Positions 1 through 9,754 of a stretch of 64,000 nucleotides of DNA are shown here, in pieces. The translations under genes and the position numbers were made by a program. The stretch is from an uncultured Pseudomonadales bacterium (GTDB lineage Bacteria; Patescibacteriota; Microgenomatia; UBA1400; PJMF01). The notes beneath the pieces were generated by a model. It saw nothing but the letters and a program-made list of their open reading frames with translations, did not search any database and was not told the DNA's origin. Each line of letters starts with the position of its first letter. The stretch's first letter is position 1. The stretch lies in the NCBI GenBank assembly GCA_964570365.1, contig CAZMXT010000001.1:73440-137439 (forward strand), given 5' to 3'.

Positions 1-1394
1 ATTACAGAGGGGGCAAAGGGCATAAACCAATCCCTCCGCTTCATCACATCATTAATCTTCTCTCTGATATGAGGACCGCGAGGGTCAGCAAGAGCACTGC
101 GCTGGCCTAAAGCTCGAGGGCCCCACTCACCTCGTCCTTGAAACCAGCCAATTACCTTTCCAGAAACAATCTCTGTAGCAACCTTAGTCAAAAATGTTTT
201 GCGAGGAAAAGACTTAAAACTAACTTGCTTCTTAAATTTATCAAGTGCAATTTTTATCTCCGCATTACTAAAGCTACGACCAAAATCAGCTCTTTTGAGT
301 TCGGAACGGCGAAGTTGCTGAGAAACTTTTTGGTACCCTAAAAGTGCCGCACCGACCGCAATTCCGCTATCACCAGGGTTAGGATATACCCACAAATCCT
401 TTACTTTACCTTCATTTAGTAACTTCATACTCATCTTCACATTTAGGAAAAGGCCTCCTGCTGCTGAAAAGGTATTTAATTTATACTTTTTTTGTAGATA
501 CTTAAAGAACTTTAAAACTCGTTCTTCGAGAACTTGTTGTGCAGCTGCCGCTACATGGCGGTCACCATATTTTTCGACTAAATCTTTTAAATAACTGAAC
601 GTCTTTGTCTTGCTAAAAAACTCTATGGTCGAGACGCTGTTTACTTCTAACCAACTTGAACGACCCACCCACTTACCATCTATAAAATCTGGAAAGAACT
701 TACGCATTTCTTTAAGACATTTTTCTGGTTCGCCGTACACTGCTAGACCCATCGTCTTACCTTCACCATCATTTAACTTAAAACCTAACCCAACCGTTAC
801 CGCGCCATAATACAGGGCCAATGAAGCATAGATTGGGACTTCTTCGAGTTCTTGAAGTTGATTGTTCTTTCCAAGAAATATTTTGCCGCAGTTCGGCCGA
901 CCATCAGCGTTTGTACCGAAGCCGTCAAGCGCAACCACTAAGCAATGATCATGGGGACCACACCAATATGCAGTTGCAGCATGTGCGTCAGCATGAGAAA
1001 CACAGAGGATTTTAGAGTCATCTTTAACGAAGTTCTTCAAGGTAATGGTCTGTGGAGCCGAATATCTGACTATGGAAAAAGCACGTTGAAAAAACCAAGT
1101 CAAAAAATTCCAAACTCCACAATAGCGAATTCCTTCAAAGTATGCTTTGTAGTAAGCTAGAGAAGTGTACAAAGACATTGGGGAAGAAGTTGTTACAAAG
1201 TAGTCAACATGCTTTAGCTTCCAGTTTGTAAAACGAAAAGCATCCTCCATTGAGAGTACTGGAAATGATAGATCGTGTTTTTTCTTGCTCGCTCGTTCCT
1301 CTGCCTGGGCAAAAAGCAGTTCTCCATCTTCGAGTAGTGCAATTGAATTATCGTGATTATTCGAAAATTGGGACGTTAGCCCTATAATTTTCAT
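1..1394 (-). CDS. O-carbamoyltransferase, NodU/CmcH/TobZ family (partial; C-terminus runs beyond the window start)
   Basis: The minus-strand translation starts MKIIGLTSQFSNNHDNSIALLEDGELLF and contains GWFQGRGEWGPRALGQRSALADPR and RDWFMPFAPS, stretches typical of carbamoyltransferases. The ATG at 1392-1394 overlaps the TGA of the upstream ORF (ATGA). The forward-strand ORFs in the track at 138-1160 are antisense artefacts. Confidence 0.75.
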   Translation of the reverse strand, partial: MKIIGLTSQFSNNHDNSIALLEDGELLFAQAEERASKKKHDLSFPVLSMEDAFRFTNWKLKHVDYFVTTSSPMSLYTSLAYYKAYFEGIRYCGVWNFLTWFFQRAFSIVRYSAPQTITLKNFVKDDSKILCVSHADAHAATAYWCGPHDHCLVVALDGFGTNADGRPNCGKIFLGKNNQLQELEEVPIYASLALYYGAVTVGLGFKLNDGEGKTMGLAVYGEPEKCLKEMRKFFPDFIDGKWVGRSSWLEVNSVSTIEFFSKTKTFSYLKDLVEKYGDRHVAAAAQQVLEERVLKFFKYLQKKYKLNTFSAAGGLFLNVKMSMKLLNEGKVKDLWVYPNPGDSGIAVGAALLGYQKVSQQLRRSELKRADFGRSFSNAEIKIALDKFKKQVSFKSFPRKTFLTKVATEIVSGKVIGWFQGRGEWGPRALGQRSALADPRGPHIREKINDVMKRRDWFMPFAPSV

Positions 1395-3049
1395 AGAGAC
1401 CTTAGTTGGGCAGGGGTAATATATAATTGTTTATTAGAGTAATCAATTCGCAAAAGGTTATACCTTTCAGGACTAAGGGACTGTGCAGCTGCCTTAAGTG
1501 CTTCCAGCTCATAAAAGTATCCGAATCCATATTCGCCATCACTAAAATATCCTTGGCTTGATAAATCCCACATAAATCCTTGACTTAACAAACTTTGTGG
1601 TATTACGCCTTGAGAATAATAGATGACCATTAAGGTGTAACCTACGCCTTGCTGGAAAGGTAATTTTTGGTTAGGAATAATAAAATCTTCTTTCGAAGAA
1701 ACGTAGAAAAAGTTGATTTTTTTACTGCTAATATTTTGAGCCTGAAACTGCTCCACCATTGTACGACGCTGCATTGAGACAACTGTTTTCTCCTTTAAGT
1801 AAGATTGAATCTGGGTGGATTGAAATGTGATAAAAAGCAAGAAGAATATTAGAGTGCCTGCCAAGACCTTTACTGACCTTTTCTTCAACTCAAGTCCTGC
1901 TAGTATAATCGCTATTCCCACTAGTGGGAGATAGACATACCTACTTTCCATATATGCATTCCCTTTTTGAATAATAGTTAGCGGGAGCAAAGCCAAAAAA
2001 TAAAAAAATCCTCCAATAATGACGTTCTGCCACCGCAAATATCCTCTAACTAGTAAAAATACCCCTACAGCGAGCAATCCAAAAGTAAGTATCACAGAAA
2101 GCACTAGACTTAGGCTGAGCTCCACATATGGAGCTGAATATTTGCCATGAAAAAGGAGTGTGTTGATTTTATATCCCCAGCCAAATAGGAAGGGTGCTGG
2201 AATAAATAATTGACTAACTGTTGCAAGTGGAGCAGAAATAATATTTTTAAAAAGGACTTCCAGACCACTATTATTTGCAGTTGATTGTTTAACCATAATT
2301 CCGGACGCTTCAGAACTTAAAAAAAAGTAGTGCAAGTAACGCAGCAGCGTAGTGCAGGTAATTACCAAAAAGAATGAGGTAGTTTTTAAGTTAGAACGCC
2401 AGTTTCCCCCTCTTTGTAGATAGAAAAGAAAGATGTAGAAAAAGCTAAAAAGCGCATTCATTTCTTTTGTTAAGAAAGAAAGATAAAAAAGAAAGATAGA
2501 TAGGATAAGTTGATCTCTCCTATTTGTACTCAGGTAGTAGAGGAAAAAAAGTATTGAGACTAAGAGCAGGCAAGTTGCTAGCGGTACTGAAATAGAGGCA
2601 GCGAACCACGTAACAGCCTGGTGGGAGGTAATATTAATCAGAAAAATAACTACAGCAGCAAAATTAACGTACTTGGCCGAGCGAATTTTTTGAAGAACCA
2701 AGAAAAGAGAAAATCCAGTTAGACCGTGTAGCGTGATAGAAAAAATAGTTAATGGAATTAAGTTAAATCCAAAAGCTAGGTAAAAGAAAGTGTTAAATAT
2801 TTGAGTAAGTGGTCTTCCTTGGGCAAAGACTAGCGCATTCAAAATCCCCGACTCAGCTATTACCCCGAGCTCTTTTCCATATGTAAGTCCTAAGCCCATC
2901 CATTCATCTTGTTCAAAAAAATGAAAAAAAAGACGCCAGTAGGTAAGGAACGCGATACCTACAAAAACAACTAACCATCTTGACCATTCTGGAGTTTGAG
3001 TAAAAAAATTCAATAGGGAATTATTTGTTGGAGGTTTTCTTTTTTTCAT
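1391..3049 (-). CDS. polytopic integral membrane protein, function unknown (candidate GT-C-like glycosyltransferase)
   Basis: A 552-aa ORF, strongly hydrophobic along its whole length with many predicted TM helices. It sits in the glycosylation locus and is translationally coupled (ATGA) to the downstream carbamoyltransferase. Confidence 0.55.
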   Translation of the reverse strand: MKKRKPPTNNSLLNFFTQTPEWSRWLVVFVGIAFLTYWRLFFHFFEQDEWMGLGLTYGKELGVIAESGILNALVFAQGRPLTQIFNTFFYLAFGFNLIPLTIFSITLHGLTGFSLFLVLQKIRSAKYVNFAAVVIFLINITSHQAVTWFAASISVPLATCLLLVSILFFLYYLSTNRRDQLILSIFLFYLSFLTKEMNALFSFFYIFLFYLQRGGNWRSNLKTTSFFLVITCTTLLRYLHYFFLSSEASGIMVKQSTANNSGLEVLFKNIISAPLATVSQLFIPAPFLFGWGYKINTLLFHGKYSAPYVELSLSLVLSVILTFGLLAVGVFLLVRGYLRWQNVIIGGFFYFLALLPLTIIQKGNAYMESRYVYLPLVGIAIILAGLELKKRSVKVLAGTLIFFLLFITFQSTQIQSYLKEKTVVSMQRRTMVEQFQAQNISSKKINFFYVSSKEDFIIPNQKLPFQQGVGYTLMVIYYSQGVIPQSLLSQGFMWDLSSQGYFSDGEYGFGYFYELEALKAAAQSLSPERYNLLRIDYSNKQLYITPAQLRSL

Positions 3050-3082
3050 TCTAATTAATCAATAACTTCTTGAGTGTAACAT

Positions 3083-6000
3083 ATGCAGTTGACCTTTCAA
3101 AAATCTAGCTGTATTGTTATTTTGAAAATAGCATTCACTTATACTTCGGATTTTCACTTAAAGGCAAAAGGTCGTTTGAAGATACTATCCTTTTTTAAAT
3201 TTTTAAAAAGAATACCCAGTTGGGTAACTGAGGTGGTAATTCTTTTTTTTCTCTCATGGACTCCTTTTTTTTGGTTAAAAAGTGATCAAGTAATTTTAGG
3301 TCATGACGCGGGATTTCGCCTAGATATGACCAATTACTTACGTGACCTTTGGTATTCTTGGACCCCCTCACCAGGTTTTGGAGCTGATTGGACTCTTAAC
3401 AAGGGTTTTCTTATAGCACAAACTCCAGAAACTTTTTTTACTTTTGTGACTAATGATGTATCTCTAGGTCAAAGACTTTCATTTGTTTTTTGGTTTTTTA
3501 TGATTGGCTTATCTATGTATATCTTTGTTAAACATTTTTTCCCAAGAAAAGAATTCTTTACTTTCAGAATATTTTCAAGTTTATTTTATATGTACAACTT
3601 TTTCTTGCTGCAAGGCTGGTTTATTACCGAGAGAGGAAAGTTTTCTCTATATGTAGCACTTCCATTAGGACTACTTATCTTATACGAAACATTACTAAAA
3701 AAAATTCCTCCTTTGAAGGGTGCTACTTTATTTGGACTTATTTTCTTTTTTTTCAATGGAGGTGGCTCACCTCCTCTTTACGGAGCAATTTTAGTCGTCT
3801 ACAGTGTGAGTTTTTTCTACCTATCTTTTGTTAATATCTGGCAAAATGGAGCTAAGGGTTTACTCCATTCTTTAAAAACTATTTTTCTTTTTGGAGTAAT
3901 TACCGTACTTTTAAATTCTTATTGGATTATTCCGCAAATCCAGTTAGCAAAAAATCAATACGGAGCTAGACTAGCCGCATCTGGAGGAATTGAAAGCATA
4001 CTTAACTGGGAAAAGACTGTCAGTAAAAATGCAAGTCTTATAAATCTTTTCCGCCTACAGGGCATACCTGATTGGTACGATAGTCCTAACCACACTTATT
4101 CCCGCTTTTTTCTAGAAAATCCCCTCCTTATTGTATTAAGCTTCTTGCCCATTTCACTGATACTTCTTGGTCTTTTTCTTCATCACCGTTTTAGAGTTGA
4201 AGAAAGAAATGATCACTTATTTTTTCTCATTTTGCTTATTTTAATAGTGAGTTGTTTGTTTGCAGCAGGCTCGCACGACCCTTTTGGCTCAATCTACTTG
4301 CTCTTTATTAAGTATATTCCAGGATTTGCTATATTTCGTTCAGCGATATATAAATTTGGCCCAGGTGTTTGGTTCAGCATTATTTTCCTTTCTGGATACT
4401 CTCTCAACTTCTTACTCCTACATCTGAGATCTAGAAAAAAACTTTCCCTTGTAATAACTAGTCTGAGTATTTTCACTTTGTTGGCATATCACTTTCCTTT
4501 TTTTACGCATCAGTTCTTTCAGTTTGATCCACCATTTGGCACCCGCGTCGCGGTCCCAAAGTATGTGATTGAAACTGCCGGATACATGAATAAGAATGCT
4601 TCCTCAGATTCTCGGCTTTTACTATTACCCAAACTTTACCCTTCATTCCCTGTTGATAGTTATAAATGGGGCTTCTGGAGTTTTGACTTGCTTCCTAGAT
4701 TAAGTTTTTCTCACTCTGTTATCGTTAATGAGGCTGGAGCTCCTCCAATTATTGATTCCTTGTACAAAGCTGCTGATCAGCAGAATCTTTTAGTGTTCAA
4801 CCGAATTAGTCAGATGCTAGGAGTCAATTATGTGCTTTGGAGGTCTGACATTCTCTATCATGATAAAAAAACCCAAGCGAAAGAATTTTCAGATAATCTC
4901 TTCTCTCCAATGAACGCTAATCACCCCGAATCTGTAAAAGATTTTAATGAGTGGCAGCTGTACCCTTTAACTACCTCTTCCAAACTTTTTTCAACCCATC
5001 AGAGAGCCACTTTAACCCAAATCTCTGGTTCTGGATTTGCGAAAGTTCTTGAATCTGAGCCAGTCATGTCCCCGGGCAAGCTCTACTTGGATCAGGCTGA
5101 TTTAGAAGAAACTGCTTTAAGTAGAGAGCTCAGCCTTGATTCAGCTTATATTATTGAAGCACATTGTCTCAACTGTCATTACCTGACTGATCCCAACTTT
5201 CCCTTATTTGGTGTAAGTTTCCCATTTGTAAGATTCCTTCCAAACTCGCTTATATATCCGTATGTTATTTTTAAAGAAAACGAAGCCTTAGCAAATGCAA
5301 GCAATTCTCCAGTCAAAAAGATTGATACTGGTCTACTTTTTGCTGACAAAAGAATTAATGAAGTTTCGTTTCTTCTGCAAGAGCATCAGGACGCTAGATT
5401 AGCGGAGAGCCTTCAGGCAACTATCAACAGATATAAGTCTTTAATAGCAACGATACAGACTGAACTACCTGAGCTCTCAGGACTCACCCAGCGAGAAAAC
5501 CAAACTAAACTACTTTCTCATTTGTATGCACACCAGAAGTTACTGTATCAATCTTCCGGTGTTTCTAGTGAATTAAGTGAGTTTGTTCAAGCCACGCTCC
5601 GGAGCATCGAAGAAGAAGATAGTATTATTCAAAGGACAGGGTTTTTATCTTCCGCAGAAGCAGTGAATGTAAAGAAATTTCTGATTTCAGTTCCTGTATC
5701 TGGGACATACGAAGTACATTTAGTTAATACAGATGTCAAAAAAATAAAATCACTCTGGCAAGGAAAAGAAGTTGATCTTAGTAATGAGTTATCTCTTGAA
5801 GTAGGCGAGTATCAGCTAGAGATCATTTACCCAAAAGCCGAAAATCTCACTCTTTCTCGCCCAGTGGAAATTTCCGGAAAACTACAAGAAAAGAATAGTG
5901 AAAGAGTTGGGTTTAACATTCAAGACTTTGATCATGCCAGCGAGTACTTCATAAGCTTTGAGTACTTCAGCCAACAAGAACAATCCACCTCTTTTTCAAT

Positions 6001-6625
6001 CTTACAAGATAATGACCCACAACCAGAAAAGTACAAGCTGCAGCCTAAAACCAATGTCACACTAAAAAGCAATGGTCAATGGAACACCTATACACATTTC
6101 TTTGTACCCAATGAGTATGCAAAAGAAGTGAACCTCTTTATTACCTCCTTTAACTCTGAAGGAACAAATCCTGAAATAGAAATTCGGAATTTTGAGGTAA
6201 AGAAAATTGCTACACTAGATGTATTTTTAGTAAAGCAAGCTTCTCCAATCACCTCGAAGAATCTCAATTCAGAAAAAATTCCTATCAGTTTCACAACTTT
6301 GAATCCAACCAAACACTTGATACATCTCAACACTGCCCCAGAATCTTTCTTTCTACACTTTAATCAAAGTTACAATCCTGGATGGGCACTTTATCCTGCT
6401 GGAACCCCTTGGTGGCAGACACTCTGGAAAAAATCAATTGCGGCAGATGCTCACTTTATAGGGAACACCTATGCTAATACTTGGTACCTGAAAAATGCTC
6501 AACATCAAGACTTAATTGTTTTTTACCGACCTCAGGCCGTCTTTTACGCGGCTGCCTTAATTTCAACCATTATGATCATCTTTAGCACTTCCTACTTGAT
6601 TCTAATCACAAGAAAAAGAAAATGA
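3083..6625 (+). CDS. giant membrane protein: N-terminal multi-TM domain of about 480 aa plus a large C-terminal non-membrane domain of about 700 aa
   Basis: An 1180-aa ORF. The N-terminal half is hydrophobic, with GHDAGFRLDMTNYLRDLWYSWTPSPGFG in the first loop. The C-terminal half is hydrophilic and has one final TM segment (AAALISTIMIIFSTSYLILI). An alternative TTG start at 3176, preceded by AAAGG, would widen the 33-bp divergent gap. Confidence 0.65.
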   Translation: MQLTFQKSSCIVILKIAFTYTSDFHLKAKGRLKILSFFKFLKRIPSWVTEVVILFFLSWTPFFWLKSDQVILGHDAGFRLDMTNYLRDLWYSWTPSPGFGADWTLNKGFLIAQTPETFFTFVTNDVSLGQRLSFVFWFFMIGLSMYIFVKHFFPRKEFFTFRIFSSLFYMYNFFLLQGWFITERGKFSLYVALPLGLLILYETLLKKIPPLKGATLFGLIFFFFNGGGSPPLYGAILVVYSVSFFYLSFVNIWQNGAKGLLHSLKTIFLFGVITVLLNSYWIIPQIQLAKNQYGARLAASGGIESILNWEKTVSKNASLINLFRLQGIPDWYDSPNHTYSRFFLENPLLIVLSFLPISLILLGLFLHHRFRVEERNDHLFFLILLILIVSCLFAAGSHDPFGSIYLLFIKYIPGFAIFRSAIYKFGPGVWFSIIFLSGYSLNFLLLHLRSRKKLSLVITSLSIFTLLAYHFPFFTHQFFQFDPPFGTRVAVPKYVIETAGYMNKNASSDSRLLLLPKLYPSFPVDSYKWGFWSFDLLPRLSFSHSVIVNEAGAPPIIDSLYKAADQQNLLVFNRISQMLGVNYVLWRSDILYHDKKTQAKEFSDNLFSPMNANHPESVKDFNEWQLYPLTTSSKLFSTHQRATLTQISGSGFAKVLESEPVMSPGKLYLDQADLEETALSRELSLDSAYIIEAHCLNCHYLTDPNFPLFGVSFPFVRFLPNSLIYPYVIFKENEALANASNSPVKKIDTGLLFADKRINEVSFLLQEHQDARLAESLQATINRYKSLIATIQTELPELSGLTQRENQTKLLSHLYAHQKLLYQSSGVSSELSEFVQATLRSIEEEDSIIQRTGFLSSAEAVNVKKFLISVPVSGTYEVHLVNTDVKKIKSLWQGKEVDLSNELSLEVGEYQLEIIYPKAENLTLSRPVEISGKLQEKNSERVGFNIQDFDHASEYFISFEYFSQQEQSTSFSILQDNDPQPEKYKLQPKTNVTLKSNGQWNTYTHFFVPNEYAKEVNLFITSFNSEGTNPEIEIRNFEVKKIATLDVFLVKQASPITSKNLNSEKIPISFTTLNPTKHLIHLNTAPESFFLHFNQSYNPGWALYPAGTPWWQTLWKKSIAADAHFIGNTYANTWYLKNAQHQDLIVFYRPQAVFYAAALISTIMIIFSTSYLILITRKRK

Positions 6626-6978
6626 AGCGTCTTAACCTTCAGTTAATTAGGTTTATCCATAATAATCAGGAGCAAATTATTGTACTGATAGCGATATACA
6701 GTGTCATGAATTTTTTCTCTTCATTACCTTACCTCAACTTGTTTTTTACGCCTTGGACCACAATTCTTTTTGAAGGAATAGTTGCCACGTTGCTTTTTGG
6801 AAAAAGAGTTCCTTTTATTTTCGCTTTTATTTTATTGGGATTTTCCCTGTATGCAACTGTTTTTTCCTTTTATAGCTCTGCAGAAGATGCCGGAGTCTTT
6901 ATCTATATTTTTTTAACTCTTGGCTTTTTGATTCAGGTTGTAGGCTATTTACGCTCACTCCCTCACAGATCTAAATGA
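6622..6978 (+). CDS. small membrane protein (118 aa), hypothetical
   Basis: An ATGA overlap couples it to the upstream giant ORF. It has 3-4 predicted TM helices and no recognisable motif. Confidence 0.4.
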   Translation: MKRLNLQLIRFIHNNQEQIIVLIAIYSVMNFFSSLPYLNLFFTPWTTILFEGIVATLLFGKRVPFIFAFILLGFSLYATVFSFYSSAEDAGVFIYIFLTLGFLIQVVGYLRSLPHRSK

Positions 6979-6990
6979 TATGATAAAAAA

Positions 6991-8550
6991 ATGAAGAAAT
7001 GGTACTTTTTACTCTCACTGGGAATTATCTTACTCGCCTTTATCTTTCGCTTTCAACCACTCAAAGTACCCTTTTGGGTAGATGAGTTTAGTACCGCTTA
7101 CCAGGCTAATCTATTGCTCAAGTTTGGACCTTCGATTATTAGCAATCCCAATTATTACTTTGAACATCACAATGTAACTACACATGTTTTAGTGGCACTC
7201 TTTTTTCAGTTTTTTGGTCAAAGCGAGTTTGCGGCACGCTTCCCACTGATGATCATTGGCTCATTTGTTCCCCTGCTTATATTTTGGCTCGGAAAGAAGG
7301 TTTTTGACCCCCTCACTGGTATTACAGCCAGCGTTTTATCTATTTTTTCTTACTTTATGATTACTTGGTCCCGACAAGCAAGAGGATACGTTATTCAGCA
7401 GTTACTAGTTCTTTTACTTTTTCTGACATACTTCAGCATTTTAGAATCAAAAAGAAATCGCCCTTTCCTACTCTTTTTGTTAGGAATAATTATTCTGTTA
7501 GGAACGTTAACCCACATCATGTTTATGATTGCGTTCGGGACTATGATTCTGCACTTCTGCATATTTCATTTCTCAGAACTTAAAAAGTTTCTTAAGCAGC
7601 CATTTTTTTATCTGTGCATCGGCATATTTTTCTCGATCATTTGGTACGTTGGAATACTTGGCCAAGTAGGTGTTCAAGTAGCGACTATTGCAAGTGGACA
7701 GCTCTCAAATAACCTTTGGTATTATCACTCCTTTTTATGGCGTGAGTACTCCTTAATTACTTTTCTAGGCTTAATTGGACTAGGGCTTGCACTCATAACA
7801 AAAAAAAGATTTGCCTATTTGATTAGTCTCTACTTCTTTTTGCAGTTCATATTCTTGTGTTTTTTCTTTGGACCCTATGTTTCGCGTTACCTACTGCCAC
7901 TCTTCCCATTTTTATTACTAGGCGTTGCGTACTCGCTGACCTACTTTACCAATGCTCTTTTTAAAACCCAGCAGAAGTGGAAGGTACCCCAGCAGTTACA
8001 AAAAGCCCTACCGTTGATACTCGCCCTGCTGATCATTGCAAATGGAGATAAATTTACCCTTAAACCTAAAAGTTATTACTCAGTGAATCATGACTTCCGA
8101 GAAATTGCTGTGATCGACTACGATCAAGTCTATGACCTGATTAAAAAGAAAGGTGAGTTGGATAAAGGCCAGACTGCGGTTGTTGATACTTGGGGAGATC
8201 GTCTAGTTTGGTACTTGGGCACAGAGTTTGAAGGCTCGTACTTCTTTCGCTGGATTGATGGACAGGGATTAATGAAACAAACCTCATTTAGCTTTAACAC
8301 TCAGGGAGAAAAAGTATTGGGTAACCGAAATCAAGCTAAGTTTATGGGTGAGTTAGCCGATCTTCAACTGGCCATGAAAAAATATCCTAAAGGCTTCATT
8401 TGGATAGATGATTCTTCCCTTCCCAAAGAAGTTCTTGATTTTGCTGAAGCCAACTTTCACAAGGAGTTAGTCTTAGATCACTACACTTTAGATGATAATC
8501 CATACTCTATCTGGCCAGGGACACTTTACAGTTGGGGTATTAGTCTATGA
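6991..8550 (+). CDS. GT-C fold glycosyltransferase, PMT/ArnT-like (GT39/GT83-like)
   Basis: A 519-aa polytopic protein. The first extracytoplasmic loop reads PFWVDEFSTAYQA, with a DE motif after TM1 as in PMT/ArnT enzymes. The membrane domain is long and followed by a hydrophilic C-terminal domain. Confidence 0.55.
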   Translation: MKKWYFLLSLGIILLAFIFRFQPLKVPFWVDEFSTAYQANLLLKFGPSIISNPNYYFEHHNVTTHVLVALFFQFFGQSEFAARFPLMIIGSFVPLLIFWLGKKVFDPLTGITASVLSIFSYFMITWSRQARGYVIQQLLVLLLFLTYFSILESKRNRPFLLFLLGIIILLGTLTHIMFMIAFGTMILHFCIFHFSELKKFLKQPFFYLCIGIFFSIIWYVGILGQVGVQVATIASGQLSNNLWYYHSFLWREYSLITFLGLIGLGLALITKKRFAYLISLYFFLQFIFLCFFFGPYVSRYLLPLFPFLLLGVAYSLTYFTNALFKTQQKWKVPQQLQKALPLILALLIIANGDKFTLKPKSYYSVNHDFREIAVIDYDQVYDLIKKKGELDKGQTAVVDTWGDRLVWYLGTEFEGSYFFRWIDGQGLMKQTSFSFNTQGEKVLGNRNQAKFMGELADLQLAMKKYPKGFIWIDDSSLPKEVLDFAEANFHKELVLDHYTLDDNPYSIWPGTLYSWGISL

Positions 8551-9746
8551 TACGCAGCCTCTTTCAACGTTCTATTACTCTATTTATGGGTCTGGCTGCA
8601 GGCAAAGTGCTAAGTACGATAATCTTTATCTTACTGGCCCGCACCCTTTTACCAGAAAGCTTTGGACAAATCTTATTTTTAGCTACCTTTCTGCAAATAG
8701 TCACTGTCCTGGCTGATTTTGGGCTGGTCCAGTGGTATCAAGCTCACTATGAAAAAGAAAAAGACCATTTCCTCTTTCACCGCATTTTGAGAGCCCGCCT
8801 ACTGACTTTAATTGTATCGGCAGTAGCTGCGTTCACTTTCTTAACTTTAACCCGGACTTTTCCCCTTCCAGTAATAGTGCTCCTGATCTTTACACTGTTG
8901 CCGGATTCACTGCTGTCCATTGGAGATGCATATTACCTGCCTCGCCAAAAAACCAAGGCAATATCTTATAAGAATCCCTCGAGAATGCTCATCATCTTAG
9001 CTGGGTACCTCCTCACCCAAAAATTCTTTAACTTAGAGATCGCTGCTTGCCTCTTTCTCTTCAGCTCACTAATTACTGCTATCTGGTTTTTTCCTTGGAA
9101 GGTCCTAAAAGATTGGTTCTCATTTAATTTGATGGAGAGTTACGAAACTTTAAAATCTTCCGCTACTTTCGCCTTCTTAATTGTCACTTCATTCTTATAT
9201 GCCCGAAGCGACTCGTTTGTGATTCAGTATAGTCTTGGGAGCGGAGCTCTGGGTATCTATGGAGCTGCGTATAGATACTTGGAGAGCCTTAGCCTACTTC
9301 CAACCGCTTTGGCACAGAATCTTTTCCCCTTAGCTGCTCGAAAAGGCTTTATTACTGCGACGCAACTGCAAAAGATATTTGCCATTATGGCAGTGCTAGG
9401 TCTCGTGTTAGCTACTGGACTATATTTCAGTGCCGAGTTATTAACTACTACGTTATTAGGCGTAAACTATAGTGCTGCATCACCGCTCGTCAGAGTTTTC
9501 TCCTTTGTTGTTTTACTCTTCTTTATTAACTCTCCGCTGAGCATGGTGGTTCAGAGTTCAAGTTTAGTCAAAAAATTTCTGCCTTTTGGAATGATTAATA
9601 CGCTCCTGAATATTGGTGGTAACTTGTTTTTAATACCTCAGTACGGGATTATTGCAGCAGCATGGATGATGGTGGTAACTGAGCTAACAGGATTTCTGAT
9701 TAACTGCCTCTTTGTTCTGAAAGTTTACAGCCCTAAAAACACTTAA
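8547..9746 (+). CDS. Wzx-like polysaccharide/oligosaccharide flippase (MOP superfamily)
   Basis: A 399-aa protein with about 12 predicted TM helices and an N-terminus (GLAAGKVLSTIIFILLARTLLPESFGQI) typical of polysaccharide biosynthesis (PST) proteins. It overlaps the upstream gene by 4 bp. Confidence 0.6.
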   Translation: MIRSLFQRSITLFMGLAAGKVLSTIIFILLARTLLPESFGQILFLATFLQIVTVLADFGLVQWYQAHYEKEKDHFLFHRILRARLLTLIVSAVAAFTFLTLTRTFPLPVIVLLIFTLLPDSLLSIGDAYYLPRQKTKAISYKNPSRMLIILAGYLLTQKFFNLEIAACLFLFSSLITAIWFFPWKVLKDWFSFNLMESYETLKSSATFAFLIVTSFLYARSDSFVIQYSLGSGALGIYGAAYRYLESLSLLPTALAQNLFPLAARKGFITATQLQKIFAIMAVLGLVLATGLYFSAELLTTTLLGVNYSAASPLVRVFSFVVLLFFINSPLSMVVQSSSLVKKFLPFGMINTLLNIGGNLFLIPQYGIIAAAWMMVVTELTGFLINCLFVLKVYSPKNT

Positions 9747-9754
9747 ACGCCTCT

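Noticed and set aside
138-1160. Forward-strand ORFs of 64-71 aa in the first 1.2 kb
   Set aside because: They lie antisense to a long, well-conserved carbamoyltransferase reading frame on the minus strand. They are low-complexity and have no start context.
3243-3272. Homopolymeric A8/T8 tracts (for example 3243-3250, 3265-3272, 3756-3763, 14223-14230, 44961-44968, 53632-53639) as possible phase-variation switches
   Set aside because: About 12 such tracts in 64 kb is close to chance expectation for an AT-rich genome dense in Phe and Lys codons. None exceeds 8 nt, and they are not concentrated at gene 5' ends.
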